Shown here: positions 14,432 through 22,963 of the stretch, in pieces
Layout of the letters: the number at the start of each line of letters is the position of its first letter
Numbering within the stretch: the first letter of the stretch is position 1
Assembly: GCA_020722265.1 (NCBI GenBank)
Contig: DYLA01000003.1
Location: forward strand, 4,698 to 49,121
DNA: 44,424 nt
Origin: Anaerolinea sp.
GTDB taxonomy: Bacteria > Chloroflexota > Anaerolineae > UBA4142
Direction of reading: 5' to 3'
Notes under the pieces: model-generated
Databases searched by the model: none
What the model was told of the DNA's origin: nothing
The model's input: only the letters and a program-made list of their open reading frames with translations
Made by a program: the position numbers and the translations under genes

Positions 14432-15490
14432 CTACTGTTCGTCCGGTTTCTTGACCCACTTGCAATTGCCCCAGTCCCCCTTTTTCACGTAGACGATGCC
14501 AAGGTTGTACACCTGCCCGACGTAGACGACGTTGTTCACCGTGAATTCGAATTCGTCGGTCTGGGGATAGCCAAGGTGGTTTGCCTGCGCGAATTGGTAC
14601 AGCGCGGCGAAGGTGTTGATCGGCATCCACGTGTATTTTTTCGCCGCGGCAACGATGGCTTGTTCGAGCGAGGGTTGAGGCGTACCGCCATCGGGAGGAG
14701 TCCAGCCCCCGCCGGCGTTCATCACGTAATCGGCGATGCGCCTGCCCATCGAGACGACGTTGAACGAATGCCAGGGGTGACCGCCGCCGTACTGGAAAAT
14801 CGTCGCGCCGAGCACGTCATCATCTTGCAACAGTTGCGCGTCATAATCGGCGAGGATTTGCATATAGCGATCGGCGGAGATGTTCTGTCCCAGCCAGCCG
14901 TCGTTGAGACCGCCGCCGGCGTCCACGCCGCACTCGGTAATGAGGATGGGCTTGCGCGCGTCGGCGGGGAGTTGGTCGCGAAAGGCGCGATAGCGCGCGT
15001 GATCGCCCGCGCCGTGCGTTGGGTGATAGTACTCGTGCAGCGCGAGGTAATCGCACGCGCGCGCGGCGGGCGCGAGCAGCCGCACCCAGTCGAGACGCGG
15101 GTTGCCGGTCGAAAAAGAGAAGGCGGCAACCTCCTCACCGCGCGCGTGCATCAGTTCGGCAAAGCGGACGAACCAGTCCGAAAGCGCGCGCGCGTCCGCT
15201 TCGCTCTGGAGAATCGGTTCGTTCACCCCTTCCCAAATGATGCCGCGTCCGCTGAGTTTGTTCAGCGTATCGCTCATCTCCGCGATGAAGGCATCGGCGG
15301 GGCTGTGGAAATCGCGATCGGTGTATTGACGGAAAACGATGCGGGTGCGCGGGCAGCGGCGGCGGATTTCGTCAATGTTGCTCTCGCTGGGAAAATCGAA
15401 AATCTTGACGACCGATGGCTGCATCTGTTGGAGCAAATCGTAAATCTTGTCATCGAACCCGTTGATGTGAAACGTCAATTTGGACGGCAT
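14432..15490 (-). CDS. Clan GH-A-like TIM-barrel glycosidase-like protein with LGFP-like C-terminal module, no signal peptide
   Basis: 'WEGVNEP' (acid/base-type NEP) and 'ILITECG' (nucleophile-type). C-terminal 'LGYPQTDEFEFTVNNVVYVGQVYNLGIVYVKKGDWGNCKWV'. GGGAGG SD 6 nt upstream of the ATG. Confidence 0.6.
   Translation of the reverse strand: MPSKLTFHINGFDDKIYDLLQQMQPSVVKIFDFPSESNIDEIRRRCPRTRIVFRQYTDRDFHSPADAFIAEMSDTLNKLSGRGIIWEGVNEPILQSEADARALSDWFVRFAELMHARGEEVAAFSFSTGNPRLDWVRLLAPAARACDYLALHEYYHPTHGAGDHARYRAFRDQLPADARKPILITECGVDAGGGLNDGWLGQNISADRYMQILADYDAQLLQDDDVLGATIFQYGGGHPWHSFNVVSMGRRIADYVMNAGGGWTPPDGGTPQPSLEQAIVAAAKKYTWMPINTFAALYQFAQANHLGYPQTDEFEFTVNNVVYVGQVYNLGIVYVKKGDWGNCKWVKKPDEQ
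14454..14659. repeat. ~205-nt block paralogous to 15537-15739 (3' ends of the tandem glycosidase-like genes)
   Basis: Identical runs of 26 nt (ACCCACTTGCAATTGCCCCAGTCCCC, 14454-14479 = 15537-15562) and 22 nt (GGTGTTGATCGGCATCCACGTG, 14612-14633 = 15695-15716). About 80% identity overall, judged by eye. Confidence 0.8.
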
Positions 15491-15523
15491 CCCTAACCTC
15501 CCATTCTACCCACTGTCCCCTGT

Positions 15524-16732
15524 TTACTGCTTCCGCACCCACTTGCAATTGCCCCAGTCCCCTTTCTTCGCGTAGACGATGCCGAGGTTGTACACTTGCG
15601 CGACATAGGTTTCACCTTGAAATGGCACCTCGAATTCGTCGGTCTGTGGATAGCCGAGGTTCTGCGCTTGCGCGAACTTGTAGAGCGCGCCGTCGGTGTT
15701 GATCGGCATCCACGTGAATTTTTTCGCGGCGGCGATGGCAGCCGTCGCGACCGGATCGGGGGGCGGTGGCGGCGGTGACGCCCAGCGGACGCGGTAATCG
15801 TTTTGCAGCGCGGCGCGAAAATCATCGTGCAGCGCGCTCTTGTCGGCGAGGCTCCACTTGGGTTCGCCGGTCTGCCAGCGAAACAAGCAGAGGGCTTGGA
15901 TCGGCTGATGGCTTGCCGTCGCGTTCCAAGTGTTGATCTCCCTGAACGCTTCGCGGATCCAACCGACGTTGCGATTCTGCCACCAATCGGGGTCGGCGGC
16001 TTGGGTTTCGGTGATGAGCACCGGGGCGGTGCGCAGCGCGGTTGGCACGACGGTGAGAAAATCGCGATAGGCGCGAAAGTGAGCGTGATAGTTCTGGAAG
16101 GGCGCGCCCATTTTGGCTTCGCTGGTGATGAGTGCGGCGTCCAAGCCGTGCGTGTACGTGTGCAGCGCGAGCGCGTCCGGCTTGGCGCCGAGTTGGAGGC
16201 ATTGGTTCAGGAGGTCTTGAAAGTACTTGACCCAGTCGCCGCCTGGGTTGCCGGCATAAGTCGTCTGATTGTTCCACGGCGCGGGCGCGGCAGGGACGAC
16301 CCAATCGTCGGCGTGACCGGGGAGTTGCTTGATCGCCTGTCGGCATTTGGCAAAGCCGCGCGCGTACAGATCGGGAGTGATCACCTCGCCATCGTTCGCG
16401 CCGGTGTTGCCGGGGCGTTCGCCGGCAAAGTTCGTTTCGTTGCCGATGATCCAGATGCGCGCGCCGCGCGAGGAGGCGACGAACGCGGCGCACTGTTGCG
16501 CGAACGCGTCGTACTGCGCAGAGAAGGGGAGTGTTCCTTCCGAGTTGTAGCCGTTGTTGAGACGCGCGATCACTTCCAAGCCGGCATTCGCGAGCGCGGA
16601 GAAATCGCCATCGGAATCGGGCGGATTGACCTTGATGGAGACGACGACCCAGCCGGTCTTGCCGGCGGCGGAGAACAAGTGCTCCGCACCGCGATCGTGC
16701 ATCCCGAAAATGTGTTGGGGAAACTGGGGCAT
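15524..16732 (-). CDS. Clan GH-A-like TIM-barrel glycosidase-like protein, paralogous C-terminal LGFP-like module, no signal peptide
   Basis: ATG at 16732 with AAGGAGG upstream. 'IIGNETN' and 'VLITETQ' motifs. C-terminal 'LGYPQTDEFEVPFQGETYVAQVYNLGIVYAKKGDWGNCKWV'. Confidence 0.6.
   Translation of the reverse strand: MPQFPQHIFGMHDRGAEHLFSAAGKTGWVVVSIKVNPPDSDGDFSALANAGLEVIARLNNGYNSEGTLPFSAQYDAFAQQCAAFVASSRGARIWIIGNETNFAGERPGNTGANDGEVITPDLYARGFAKCRQAIKQLPGHADDWVVPAAPAPWNNQTTYAGNPGGDWVKYFQDLLNQCLQLGAKPDALALHTYTHGLDAALITSEAKMGAPFQNYHAHFRAYRDFLTVVPTALRTAPVLITETQAADPDWWQNRNVGWIREAFREINTWNATASHQPIQALCLFRWQTGEPKWSLADKSALHDDFRAALQNDYRVRWASPPPPPPDPVATAAIAAAKKFTWMPINTDGALYKFAQAQNLGYPQTDEFEVPFQGETYVAQVYNLGIVYAKKGDWGNCKWVRKQ
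15537..15739. repeat. Paralogous partner of the 14454-14659 block
   Basis: See the 14454-14659 entry. Confidence 0.8.
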
Positions 16733-16760
16733 AGGAATCCTCCTTCCCAAGGGTGATTCG

Positions 16761-16789
16761 ATTGTAATGCGAGAAGAGAGGGGTGTCAA
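16761..16789 (-). promoter_or_regulatory. Sigma70-type promoter of the glycosidase-glycosidase-M20 operon
   Basis: Minus strand reads TTGACA, 17-nt spacer, TACAAT. Lies 28 nt upstream of ATG 16732. Confidence 0.55.
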
Positions 16790-16802
16790 GAGGGTGCGCG
16801 CC

Positions 16803-16848
16803 AGAGAAAACGAAACGGCTCGCCGTTCCGCGTCTAACGGCGAGCCGT
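16803..16848 (-). terminator. Rho-independent terminator of the lipoprotein gene
   Basis: 12-bp perfect stem ACGGCTCGCCGT / ACGGCGAGCCGT (16815-16826 / 16837-16848), followed on the minus strand by TTCGTTTTCTCT. Confidence 0.65.
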
Positions 16849-16854
16849 ACTCGA

Positions 16855-17376
16855 TTATTTCTGCGGGGCGAGTCCAAAGGTCAGGCTCGTGATTTTCCAC
16901 TTGCCGTCAATCTTGCGGAACGTCCACTTGTCGTTTTCTTTTGCCGTCGTAATGCCGATCTTGGTGTCCGAAACTGCCGTCGCCGTGTCGCCGGCGATAT
17001 TGACGCGAATGTTCGGATGCTCGGCAAAGGCGGGATTGGACGGAAAGACGATGTTGACGTACCGATCGCGGAGGGCTGCCCAGCCCTTCCAAGTCTTGTC
17101 GTCGCTCGGATTGTCCGGCGTTCGATTGGCATCGGTGACGACGCCATCGCTCGCCCAGATACCTTGCAAGCGATCAATGTCTTGCTGGACGACTGCCTCA
17201 CCTTCGGCGAAGATCAACTGACGAAGGGCTTCTTCGTCGTTCGCCGGCACAGGGGTCGGGGTGCGTGGCCGGGCTTGCGGTGGGCTGCCCGGCGGAGGGG
17301 GAGGCGCGCCGGTGGTGCAACCCACCAGAGCGACTAGCATGGCGGCGACGACCGCGACGAAAACGAACTTGCGCAT
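16855..17376 (-). CDS. Lipoprotein with NTF2/SnoaL-like (DUF4440-like) domain
   Basis: ATG at 17376 with GGAGG upstream. 'MRKFVFVAVVAAMLVALVGC' lipobox, a Pro-rich linker, then a ~120-aa domain with the 'WKITSL' ending common in NTF2-like folds. Confidence 0.6.
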   Translation of the reverse strand: MRKFVFVAVVAAMLVALVGCTTGAPPPPPGSPPQARPRTPTPVPANDEEALRQLIFAEGEAVVQQDIDRLQGIWASDGVVTDANRTPDNPSDDKTWKGWAALRDRYVNIVFPSNPAFAEHPNIRVNIAGDTATAVSDTKIGITTAKENDKWTFRKIDGKWKITSLTFGLAPQK

Positions 17377-17414
17377 ACAGGAATCCTCCAACGCGTTGAA
17401 ATTTGACGGGGGCA

Positions 17415-17442
17415 ATATTAGCACGGAACGCAGAAAAGTCAA
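17415..17442 (-). promoter_or_regulatory. Sigma70-type promoter of the lipoprotein gene
   Basis: Minus strand reads TTGACT, 16-nt spacer, TAATAT. Lies 38 nt upstream of ATG 17376. Confidence 0.5.
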
Positions 17443-17577
17443 AAAAAGGCGAAGGGCGCGTAGTTCGTAGTGAGCGATGGAGCGCAGTTTGCCGAGTCGC
17501 GTCCGGTGGCACGCCGCGAAAAACGCTCTGTGCCTGACTAAACGCGCGTCCGCGAGTTTCTGCGAATTACACCTACT

Positions 17578-19095
17578 CTATTTTTTCGCCAGTGCCAGCG
17601 CGAGATTGATGAACGTTCGTGTCGGCGTGCCGTTGCCCCACTTGTTTTTGTAGCCGATTTCCTTGCTCCCTGCCATCATTCCCACGCTGCCGGCGATGTC
17701 GAGGTGCGCCCAAGGAGTCTCGCCGACGAAACTGCGGATGAACCACGCGCCGGTGATCGAGCCGGCGGGGCGTCCGCCGGTGTTCTTGAGGTCTGCCCAA
17801 TCGCTTTGGATTTGCTCTCGATATTCCGGGTCCATCGGCATTGCCCAGTTCTTCTCGCCGGTCTCCTCGCCGATCTGGAAGAGCAAATCGGTCAGTTCTT
17901 TGTCGTTGGAAAAAACGCCGGTGCGATGATGTCCTAGGGCGATGACCATCGCGCCGGTCAGCGTCGCGGCATCCACCACCGGCGCCAGTTTGAGCGTCTG
18001 GGTCGCGTACACCAACGCATCGGCGAGGATGAGGCGTCCTTCCGCGTCGGTGCTGACGACTTCGATCGTCTTGCCGTTCGCGGCGCGCAAGATATCGCCG
18101 GGTTTGTAGGCTTTGCCGCTCGGCAAGTTCTCGGTGGCTGGAACGATGCCGGTCACGTTGATTCTGGGTTTCAACTGCGCGATGGCTTGCATTGCGGCGA
18201 TGACCGCCGCGCCGCCGGACATATCCCCTTTCATATCTTGCATATTCTCGCTCGGTTTGATGGAGATGCCGCCCGAATCGAACGTAATCGCTTTGCCGAC
18301 GATGCCCAAGCCCGGCTTGGCTTTCTTGCCTGCGCCCCAGTAGCGCAGGACGATGATGGCAGGGGGTTCGTCCGATCCCTGCGCGACGCCGAGGAACGCG
18401 CCCATTCCAAGCCGCTTGGCTTGCGCGCGGTCAATCACGAAAAATTCCAGAGCGTACTTCTTGGCGATTGCCTTGGCGACATTCGCGAGGTACGTGGGCG
18501 TCGCCGTGTTGCCCGGTTCATTGGCGAGATCGCGCGCGCGGTTCGTCGCCTCGCCGATGATTCTGCCGCGCCTCACCGCATCCCGCATCGTTCTGGCTTG
18601 AGCCGCGTCCCGTTCGAGCAACACGACGCGGTCGAGTTCTTTGACCTCGCTGTTGTCGCTGTGGTATTTGCGAAACTGCCACAGTCCCATCACGATGCCT
18701 TCGGCGTTCGCCTGCGCCGCGCGCGACGCGTCCAGTCCGCCGACGCCCGCGCCGTGAATGATCGTCGCGATCTTCTTCGCGCCAGCGTCGCGAAGCGCTT
18801 TCACGCCGTTCGCTGCCGCTTGGCGCGCGCGGTCGAGCGTGAACTCTTCCGGCTTGCCCAACCCAACGACGCAGACGCGGTCGGCGGGTAAGCGGTCGTG
18901 GGTGTGCACAATCGTCGCGCTGCCAAGTTTGCCCTTCAGTTCGCCTTGCGCGATGAGTTTGGTGAGCAGCCCTTTGAGCGATTTGTCCACCGCGCCCGTC
19001 GCGCCCTTCGGTTCGGTCACGCCTTCGAACAAGTTGACGACGATGCCATCGCCTTGCCATTTGGCAATGTCGCCCACTTGGACTACAAGTTCCAT
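17578..19095 (-). CDS. pepA: Leucyl aminopeptidase (M17)
   Basis: ATG at 19095 with GGAGG upstream. 'VSTDAEGRLILADAL' (NTDAEGRL signature) and 'AITFDSGGISIKP'. Confidence 0.9.
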   Translation of the reverse strand: MELVVQVGDIAKWQGDGIVVNLFEGVTEPKGATGAVDKSLKGLLTKLIAQGELKGKLGSATIVHTHDRLPADRVCVVGLGKPEEFTLDRARQAAANGVKALRDAGAKKIATIIHGAGVGGLDASRAAQANAEGIVMGLWQFRKYHSDNSEVKELDRVVLLERDAAQARTMRDAVRRGRIIGEATNRARDLANEPGNTATPTYLANVAKAIAKKYALEFFVIDRAQAKRLGMGAFLGVAQGSDEPPAIIVLRYWGAGKKAKPGLGIVGKAITFDSGGISIKPSENMQDMKGDMSGGAAVIAAMQAIAQLKPRINVTGIVPATENLPSGKAYKPGDILRAANGKTIEVVSTDAEGRLILADALVYATQTLKLAPVVDAATLTGAMVIALGHHRTGVFSNDKELTDLLFQIGEETGEKNWAMPMDPEYREQIQSDWADLKNTGGRPAGSITGAWFIRSFVGETPWAHLDIAGSVGMMAGSKEIGYKNKWGNGTPTRTFINLALALAKK

Positions 19096-19141
19096 CGGAT
19101 ACCTCCAGAGGTGAATCGGTTCATTTGGTACGAATGAACAT

Positions 19142-19170
19142 ATTGTAACACAGGAGCGCAGGGGCGTCAA
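19142..19170 (-). promoter_or_regulatory. Sigma70-type promoter of pepA, followed by a 5'UTR hairpin
   Basis: Minus strand reads TTGACG, 17-nt spacer, TACAAT. Hairpin GTTCATT/AATGAAC at 19119-19139 sits right after the -10 box. Confidence 0.5.
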
Positions 19171-19227
19171 AAAATTGTTCCCCCGGGCAACGCGGCGAGT
19201 GCCCGGCAGGTCTTGCGAATCGGGCAC

Positions 19228-19262
19228 AAAAAACGACGAGTGGCAGTACCACCACTCGTCGT
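19228..19262 (-). terminator. Rho-independent terminator of the fadN-fadA operon
   Basis: Stem CGACGAGTGG / CCACTCGTCG, followed on the minus strand by TTTTTT. Lies 13 nt after the thiolase stop. Confidence 0.75.
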
Positions 19263-19274
19263 CGCACGTCGCGT

Positions 19275-20456
19275 TCAATCCAAGTTCTCGAAGATGGCGG
19301 CTGCGCCCATCCCGCCGCCGATACACATCGAGACCATTCCGAACTGCGTCTTGCGGCGCTTCATTTCGTAGATGAGTTGCACGGTCAGTTTCGCGCCGGT
19401 CGCGCCCAAGGGGTGCCCCAACGCAACCGCGCCGCCGTTTACATTCACGCGCGCTTCGTCCAACTTTAGGGTGCGGATCACGACGAGCGCTTGCGCCGCG
19501 AATGCCTCGTTCAACTCGATGAGCCCGATATCATCGAGTTGCATTCCGGCAAGTTTCAGCACTTTGGGAATCGCCTCGATGGGACCGATGCCCATCACTT
19601 CGGGACGCACGCCGGCAGCTGCGAACGCGATCATCCGCACCAGCGGCTTGAACCCCATCGCCTTGGCGCGCTCGCGTTCCATCACGACGACCGCGCCCGC
19701 GCCATCGCTCGTCTGCGACGAGTTGCCAGCCGTCACGGTGCCGCCTTGCATGAACGCTGGGCGTAGATTCGCCAACGCCTCCAGGGACGTGTCGCGGCGC
19801 GGACCTTCGTCCGTATCGAACACATACTGGGTGGTGTGGGGCTTGTTGTCGTCGCCAACCTCCGTGATGGCGACATCGAGCGGCACGATTTCGTCCTTGA
19901 ACTTGCCGGCGTCAATCGCGGCGATGGCGCGCTGGTGGCTGCGGAGGGAGAACTTGTCTTGATCCTCGCGCGAGACCTTGTACTCGCGCGCGACATTTTC
20001 GGCGGTCAAGCCCATACCGAGATAGACGCCCGGATATTCCACTGCCATATACGGATTCGGGGCGAGGTGGAACCCGGTCATCGGCACCATACTCATAGAC
20101 TCGACGCCACCGGCGAGGATGATTTCGCCCCAGCCGGCGCGAATTTGCTGCGCTGCCAATGCGATTGACTGCAAGCCGGACGAGCAAAAACGATTGATTG
20201 TCATTCCCGGCACTGTATAGGGCAAGCCCGCGCGCAAGGCAATGATGCGGCTGACGTTCAGACCTTGTTCTCCTTCGGGGAACGCGCAGCCGATAATCAC
20301 ATCCTCGACATCGGTTGGTTTCAGCCCAGGGGCGCGCGCGAGCGCAGCGTCTACCGCCGTGGCTGCCATATCTTCGGGACGCATCGTGCGGAGTTTGCCG
20401 CGCGGCGCCTTGCCGATAGCCGTGCGCGCCGCAGAAACGATGACTGCTTCTCGCAT
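19275..20456 (-). CDS. fadA: Acetyl-CoA C-acyltransferase (thiolase)
   Basis: 'NRFCSSGLQ' active-site Cys, '[10 protein letters not shown]', 'NEAFAAQ' and 'CIGGGMG'. AGGAGG SD. Confidence 0.9.
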   Translation of the reverse strand: MREAVIVSAARTAIGKAPRGKLRTMRPEDMAATAVDAALARAPGLKPTDVEDVIIGCAFPEGEQGLNVSRIIALRAGLPYTVPGMTINRFCSSGLQSIALAAQQIRAGWGEIILAGGVESMSMVPMTGFHLAPNPYMAVEYPGVYLGMGLTAENVAREYKVSREDQDKFSLRSHQRAIAAIDAGKFKDEIVPLDVAITEVGDDNKPHTTQYVFDTDEGPRRDTSLEALANLRPAFMQGGTVTAGNSSQTSDGAGAVVVMERERAKAMGFKPLVRMIAFAAAGVRPEVMGIGPIEAIPKVLKLAGMQLDDIGLIELNEAFAAQALVVIRTLKLDEARVNVNGGAVALGHPLGATGAKLTVQLIYEMKRRKTQFGMVSMCIGGGMGAAAIFENLD

Positions 20457-20465
20457 GGGATCCTC

Positions 20466-22850
20466 CTAATTCCTCAACGGTTTGCCGGTGGACAAGAAAT
20501 GCCAGATGCGCTCGCGCGTCTTTTCCTCGCCGCAGAGCGAGATGAACGCCTCGCGCTCCAAATCGAGAATGTACTGCTCGTCCACCCAGGTGGGCGCGGT
20601 GAGATTGCCGCCACACAGCACGTACGCGACCTTCTCGCCTACTTTGGCGTCGTACTCGGAAATGTACTTGCCTTGCAGGAACGAATAGATGGCGAGCCGC
20701 AATACCGCCAGCATCCGTTCTCCTGCGGCGTAGATGATCTTGCCGCGCGTGGGCGGACGATAACCCTGTGCCGCCAACTCCAGTACCGTCCGCTTGGCTT
20801 CCGCGATCTGTTGGTCGCGATTCATCACCACGCGATCGGCGAGGGTCAAAAAGCCCATCTGTCGCGCTTCCTCCGCGCTCGTCGCCACCTTCGCCATACC
20901 GATCATTTCAAAGACGCGCTGCACAAAAGGCAGCGGATCAGCGCCCGGCGTCTGCATCGCGGGCGAGACGACGCGCCGCAAAAGTTCCTTGCAGCCACCG
21001 CCGGCCGGGAGTAAGCCCATTCCAACCTCGACCAAGCCGACGTACGATTCCGCGTGCGCGACGATGCGCGCGCCGCCCATCATCACTTCGCACCCGCCGC
21101 CGAGCGTGTAGCCGAAGGGCGCTGTCACGACCGGCTTGGGACTGTAGCGCAGCGCCATAATAAAGTCTTGCAACGCTTTCGCGATCTTGTCAATCCCTTC
21201 CCAGTTCTGATCGTTCGCCGCGAGACCGATCGTCATCACGTTCGCGCCCGCGCTGAAATGCTCGCCCTGATTACCAACCACCAGACCGACAAAGTTCTTG
21301 TCCACCTCGGCGAGGGTGGCTTGGGCGATCTCGATGATGCCTTCGTCGAGCGCGTTCATCTTGGTATGGAACTCGAGACATGCCACGCCATCGCCGAGAT
21401 CAATCAGCGACGCGCTATCGTTCGACTGGACGACGCGGCAATCTTTCAGCAGGATGACGTTCGGGCTCTTGGGCAGCGGCACGTAGCCTTTCGCCTTCAG
21501 GTCGTAGTACTTGCCGTCCTGATAGAAACTGGGGTGCCCGGTGGCAAGCATTTCCTTGACCCACGGCGCGACCACGAGCCCATCGCGTTCCATCCGCGCG
21601 ACACTTTCGGCGACGCCCAGCAGATCCCACATCTCGAAAGGTCCGGCTTCGTTCGCAAAGCCCCATTTCATCGCGTTGTCCACCGAGACGATGTCATCGG
21701 CGATTTCCGGCACGCGGCGCGACGCGTAGGCGAGATAGCGCGCTGTCGTATCCCAGATGAACTGCGCGGCGCGGTCTTGCTGCGCGACGAGAAAGCGCAA
21801 GCGCTCGCCCAGCGACTCGTACGCCTCCGCGTTGGTCGCGGACGCGTGGACGATTTTCTCCGGCCGCTGGTACTCGAACGTTTTAAGGTCGAGCGCGTGA
21901 AACTCGCGTCCCGCGTCGGTGCGGACTTCTTTGTAAAACCCCTGCTTGGTCTTGTTACCGAGCCAGTTGCGTTTGACCATCTCGCGCAAGAATTCGGGGG
22001 GCTTGAACTCTTCGCGCGATTCATCGTCCGGGACGGCCGCATACAAGTTATCGGCGACGTGGAGCATGACGTCGTTGCCGATCAAATCCAACAAGCGAAA
22101 CGATGCAGTCTTGGGACGTCCGATCAATGGACCTGTCAGATCGTCCACTTCGTTCACCGTGTAGCCATTTTCGAACGCGTAACGGAGTCCCACCATGCCC
22201 AGATAGGTGCCGAGACGATTGGCGATGAAATTGGGGCGGTCTTTGCAGAGGACAACCCCTTTGCCCAGCACGGTTTCGCCAAACCATTTGATGAATTCGA
22301 CCACCTCGGGCAAGGTCTCTGGACCCGGAATGACCTCGAGGAGTTTGAGGTAGCGCGGAGGATTGAAAAAGTGGGTGCCGAGAAAATGCTGCTTGAACGA
22401 CGGGGAGCAGTTCGCCGAAATGTCCTTGATGGGGATGCCGGAGGTGTTCGTCGTGACGATGCTCTCCGGCTTGCGCACGGCATCGAGGCGCGCCATCAAT
22501 TGCTGCTTGATCGCGAGGTTCTCGACGATTGCCTCCACGATCAGGTCCGCCTCGCGCAGCCGTTCGAGATCGTCTTCGAGATTGCCGACGGTGATGCGCT
22601 CGGCGGTTTGCGGGGTGAAGAGTGCGGCGGGACGGGCTTTTTTCACCGCTTCTAGTCCCGCGTTGACGATGCGGTTACGCACCGCCGGGTGATTGAGGGT
22701 GAGCCCTTTCTTTTCTTCGTCGGGGGTCAGTTTGTTCGGCACGATGTCGAGCAGGTACACCGGGATACCCGCGTTCGCAAAGTGCGCCGCCAACGCGCCG
22801 CCCATCGTGCCGGAACCGATCACCGCGACTCGGTTGATCGAATGCGTCAT
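20466..22850 (-). CDS. fadN: Fused 3-hydroxyacyl-CoA dehydrogenase / enoyl-CoA hydratase (~800-aa FadN type)
   Basis: N-terminal 'VAVIGSGTMGGALAAHFANAG' NAD fold, C-terminal crotonase-like region ('GGGCEVMMG'). AAGGAGG SD. Confidence 0.85.
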   Translation of the reverse strand: MTHSINRVAVIGSGTMGGALAAHFANAGIPVYLLDIVPNKLTPDEEKKGLTLNHPAVRNRIVNAGLEAVKKARPAALFTPQTAERITVGNLEDDLERLREADLIVEAIVENLAIKQQLMARLDAVRKPESIVTTNTSGIPIKDISANCSPSFKQHFLGTHFFNPPRYLKLLEVIPGPETLPEVVEFIKWFGETVLGKGVVLCKDRPNFIANRLGTYLGMVGLRYAFENGYTVNEVDDLTGPLIGRPKTASFRLLDLIGNDVMLHVADNLYAAVPDDESREEFKPPEFLREMVKRNWLGNKTKQGFYKEVRTDAGREFHALDLKTFEYQRPEKIVHASATNAEAYESLGERLRFLVAQQDRAAQFIWDTTARYLAYASRRVPEIADDIVSVDNAMKWGFANEAGPFEMWDLLGVAESVARMERDGLVVAPWVKEMLATGHPSFYQDGKYYDLKAKGYVPLPKSPNVILLKDCRVVQSNDSASLIDLGDGVACLEFHTKMNALDEGIIEIAQATLAEVDKNFVGLVVGNQGEHFSAGANVMTIGLAANDQNWEGIDKIAKALQDFIMALRYSPKPVVTAPFGYTLGGGCEVMMGGARIVAHAESYVGLVEVGMGLLPAGGGCKELLRRVVSPAMQTPGADPLPFVQRVFEMIGMAKVATSAEEARQMGFLTLADRVVMNRDQQIAEAKRTVLELAAQGYRPPTRGKIIYAAGERMLAVLRLAIYSFLQGKYISEYDAKVGEKVAYVLCGGNLTAPTWVDEQYILDLEREAFISLCGEEKTRERIWHFLSTGKPLRN

Positions 22851-22891
22851 TGCGTTTGCCTCCTTTGGTTTGCGAGAGCGATTCTGAATTT

Positions 22892-22920
22892 ATTATATCA
22901 CGTTTGGCGGACTGAATCAA
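22892..22920 (-). promoter_or_regulatory. Sigma70-type promoter of fadN-fadA
   Basis: Minus strand reads TTGATT, 17-nt spacer, TGA-TATAAT (extended -10). Lies 41 nt upstream of ATG 22850. Confidence 0.6.
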
Positions 22921-22949
22921 AAAAGCGCGTCAGGCAGAAACTGACGCGC
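22919..22949 (-). terminator. Rho-independent terminator of the LysM protein gene
   Basis: Stem GCGCGTCAG / CTGACGCGC, followed on the minus strand by TTTTTT. Lies 14 nt after the stop. Confidence 0.75.
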
Positions 22950-22963
22950 TCTCCGCTCACGTG

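Noticed and set aside
14454-15739. Diversity-generating retroelement (template/variable repeat) explanation for the two ~205-nt repeats
   Set aside because: Mismatches involve all four bases rather than adenine-specific substitutions. No reverse transcriptase or accessory gene is present. Both copies are the 3' ends of paralogous genes.
21054-22655. 533-aa plus-strand ORF antisense to fadN. Similar shadow ORFs occur at 33293-34729, 36812-38293, 15803-16756, 14576-15496 and 9389-10690.
   Set aside because: All lie opposite genes with strong family signatures, lack motifs of their own and lack SD or promoter context.
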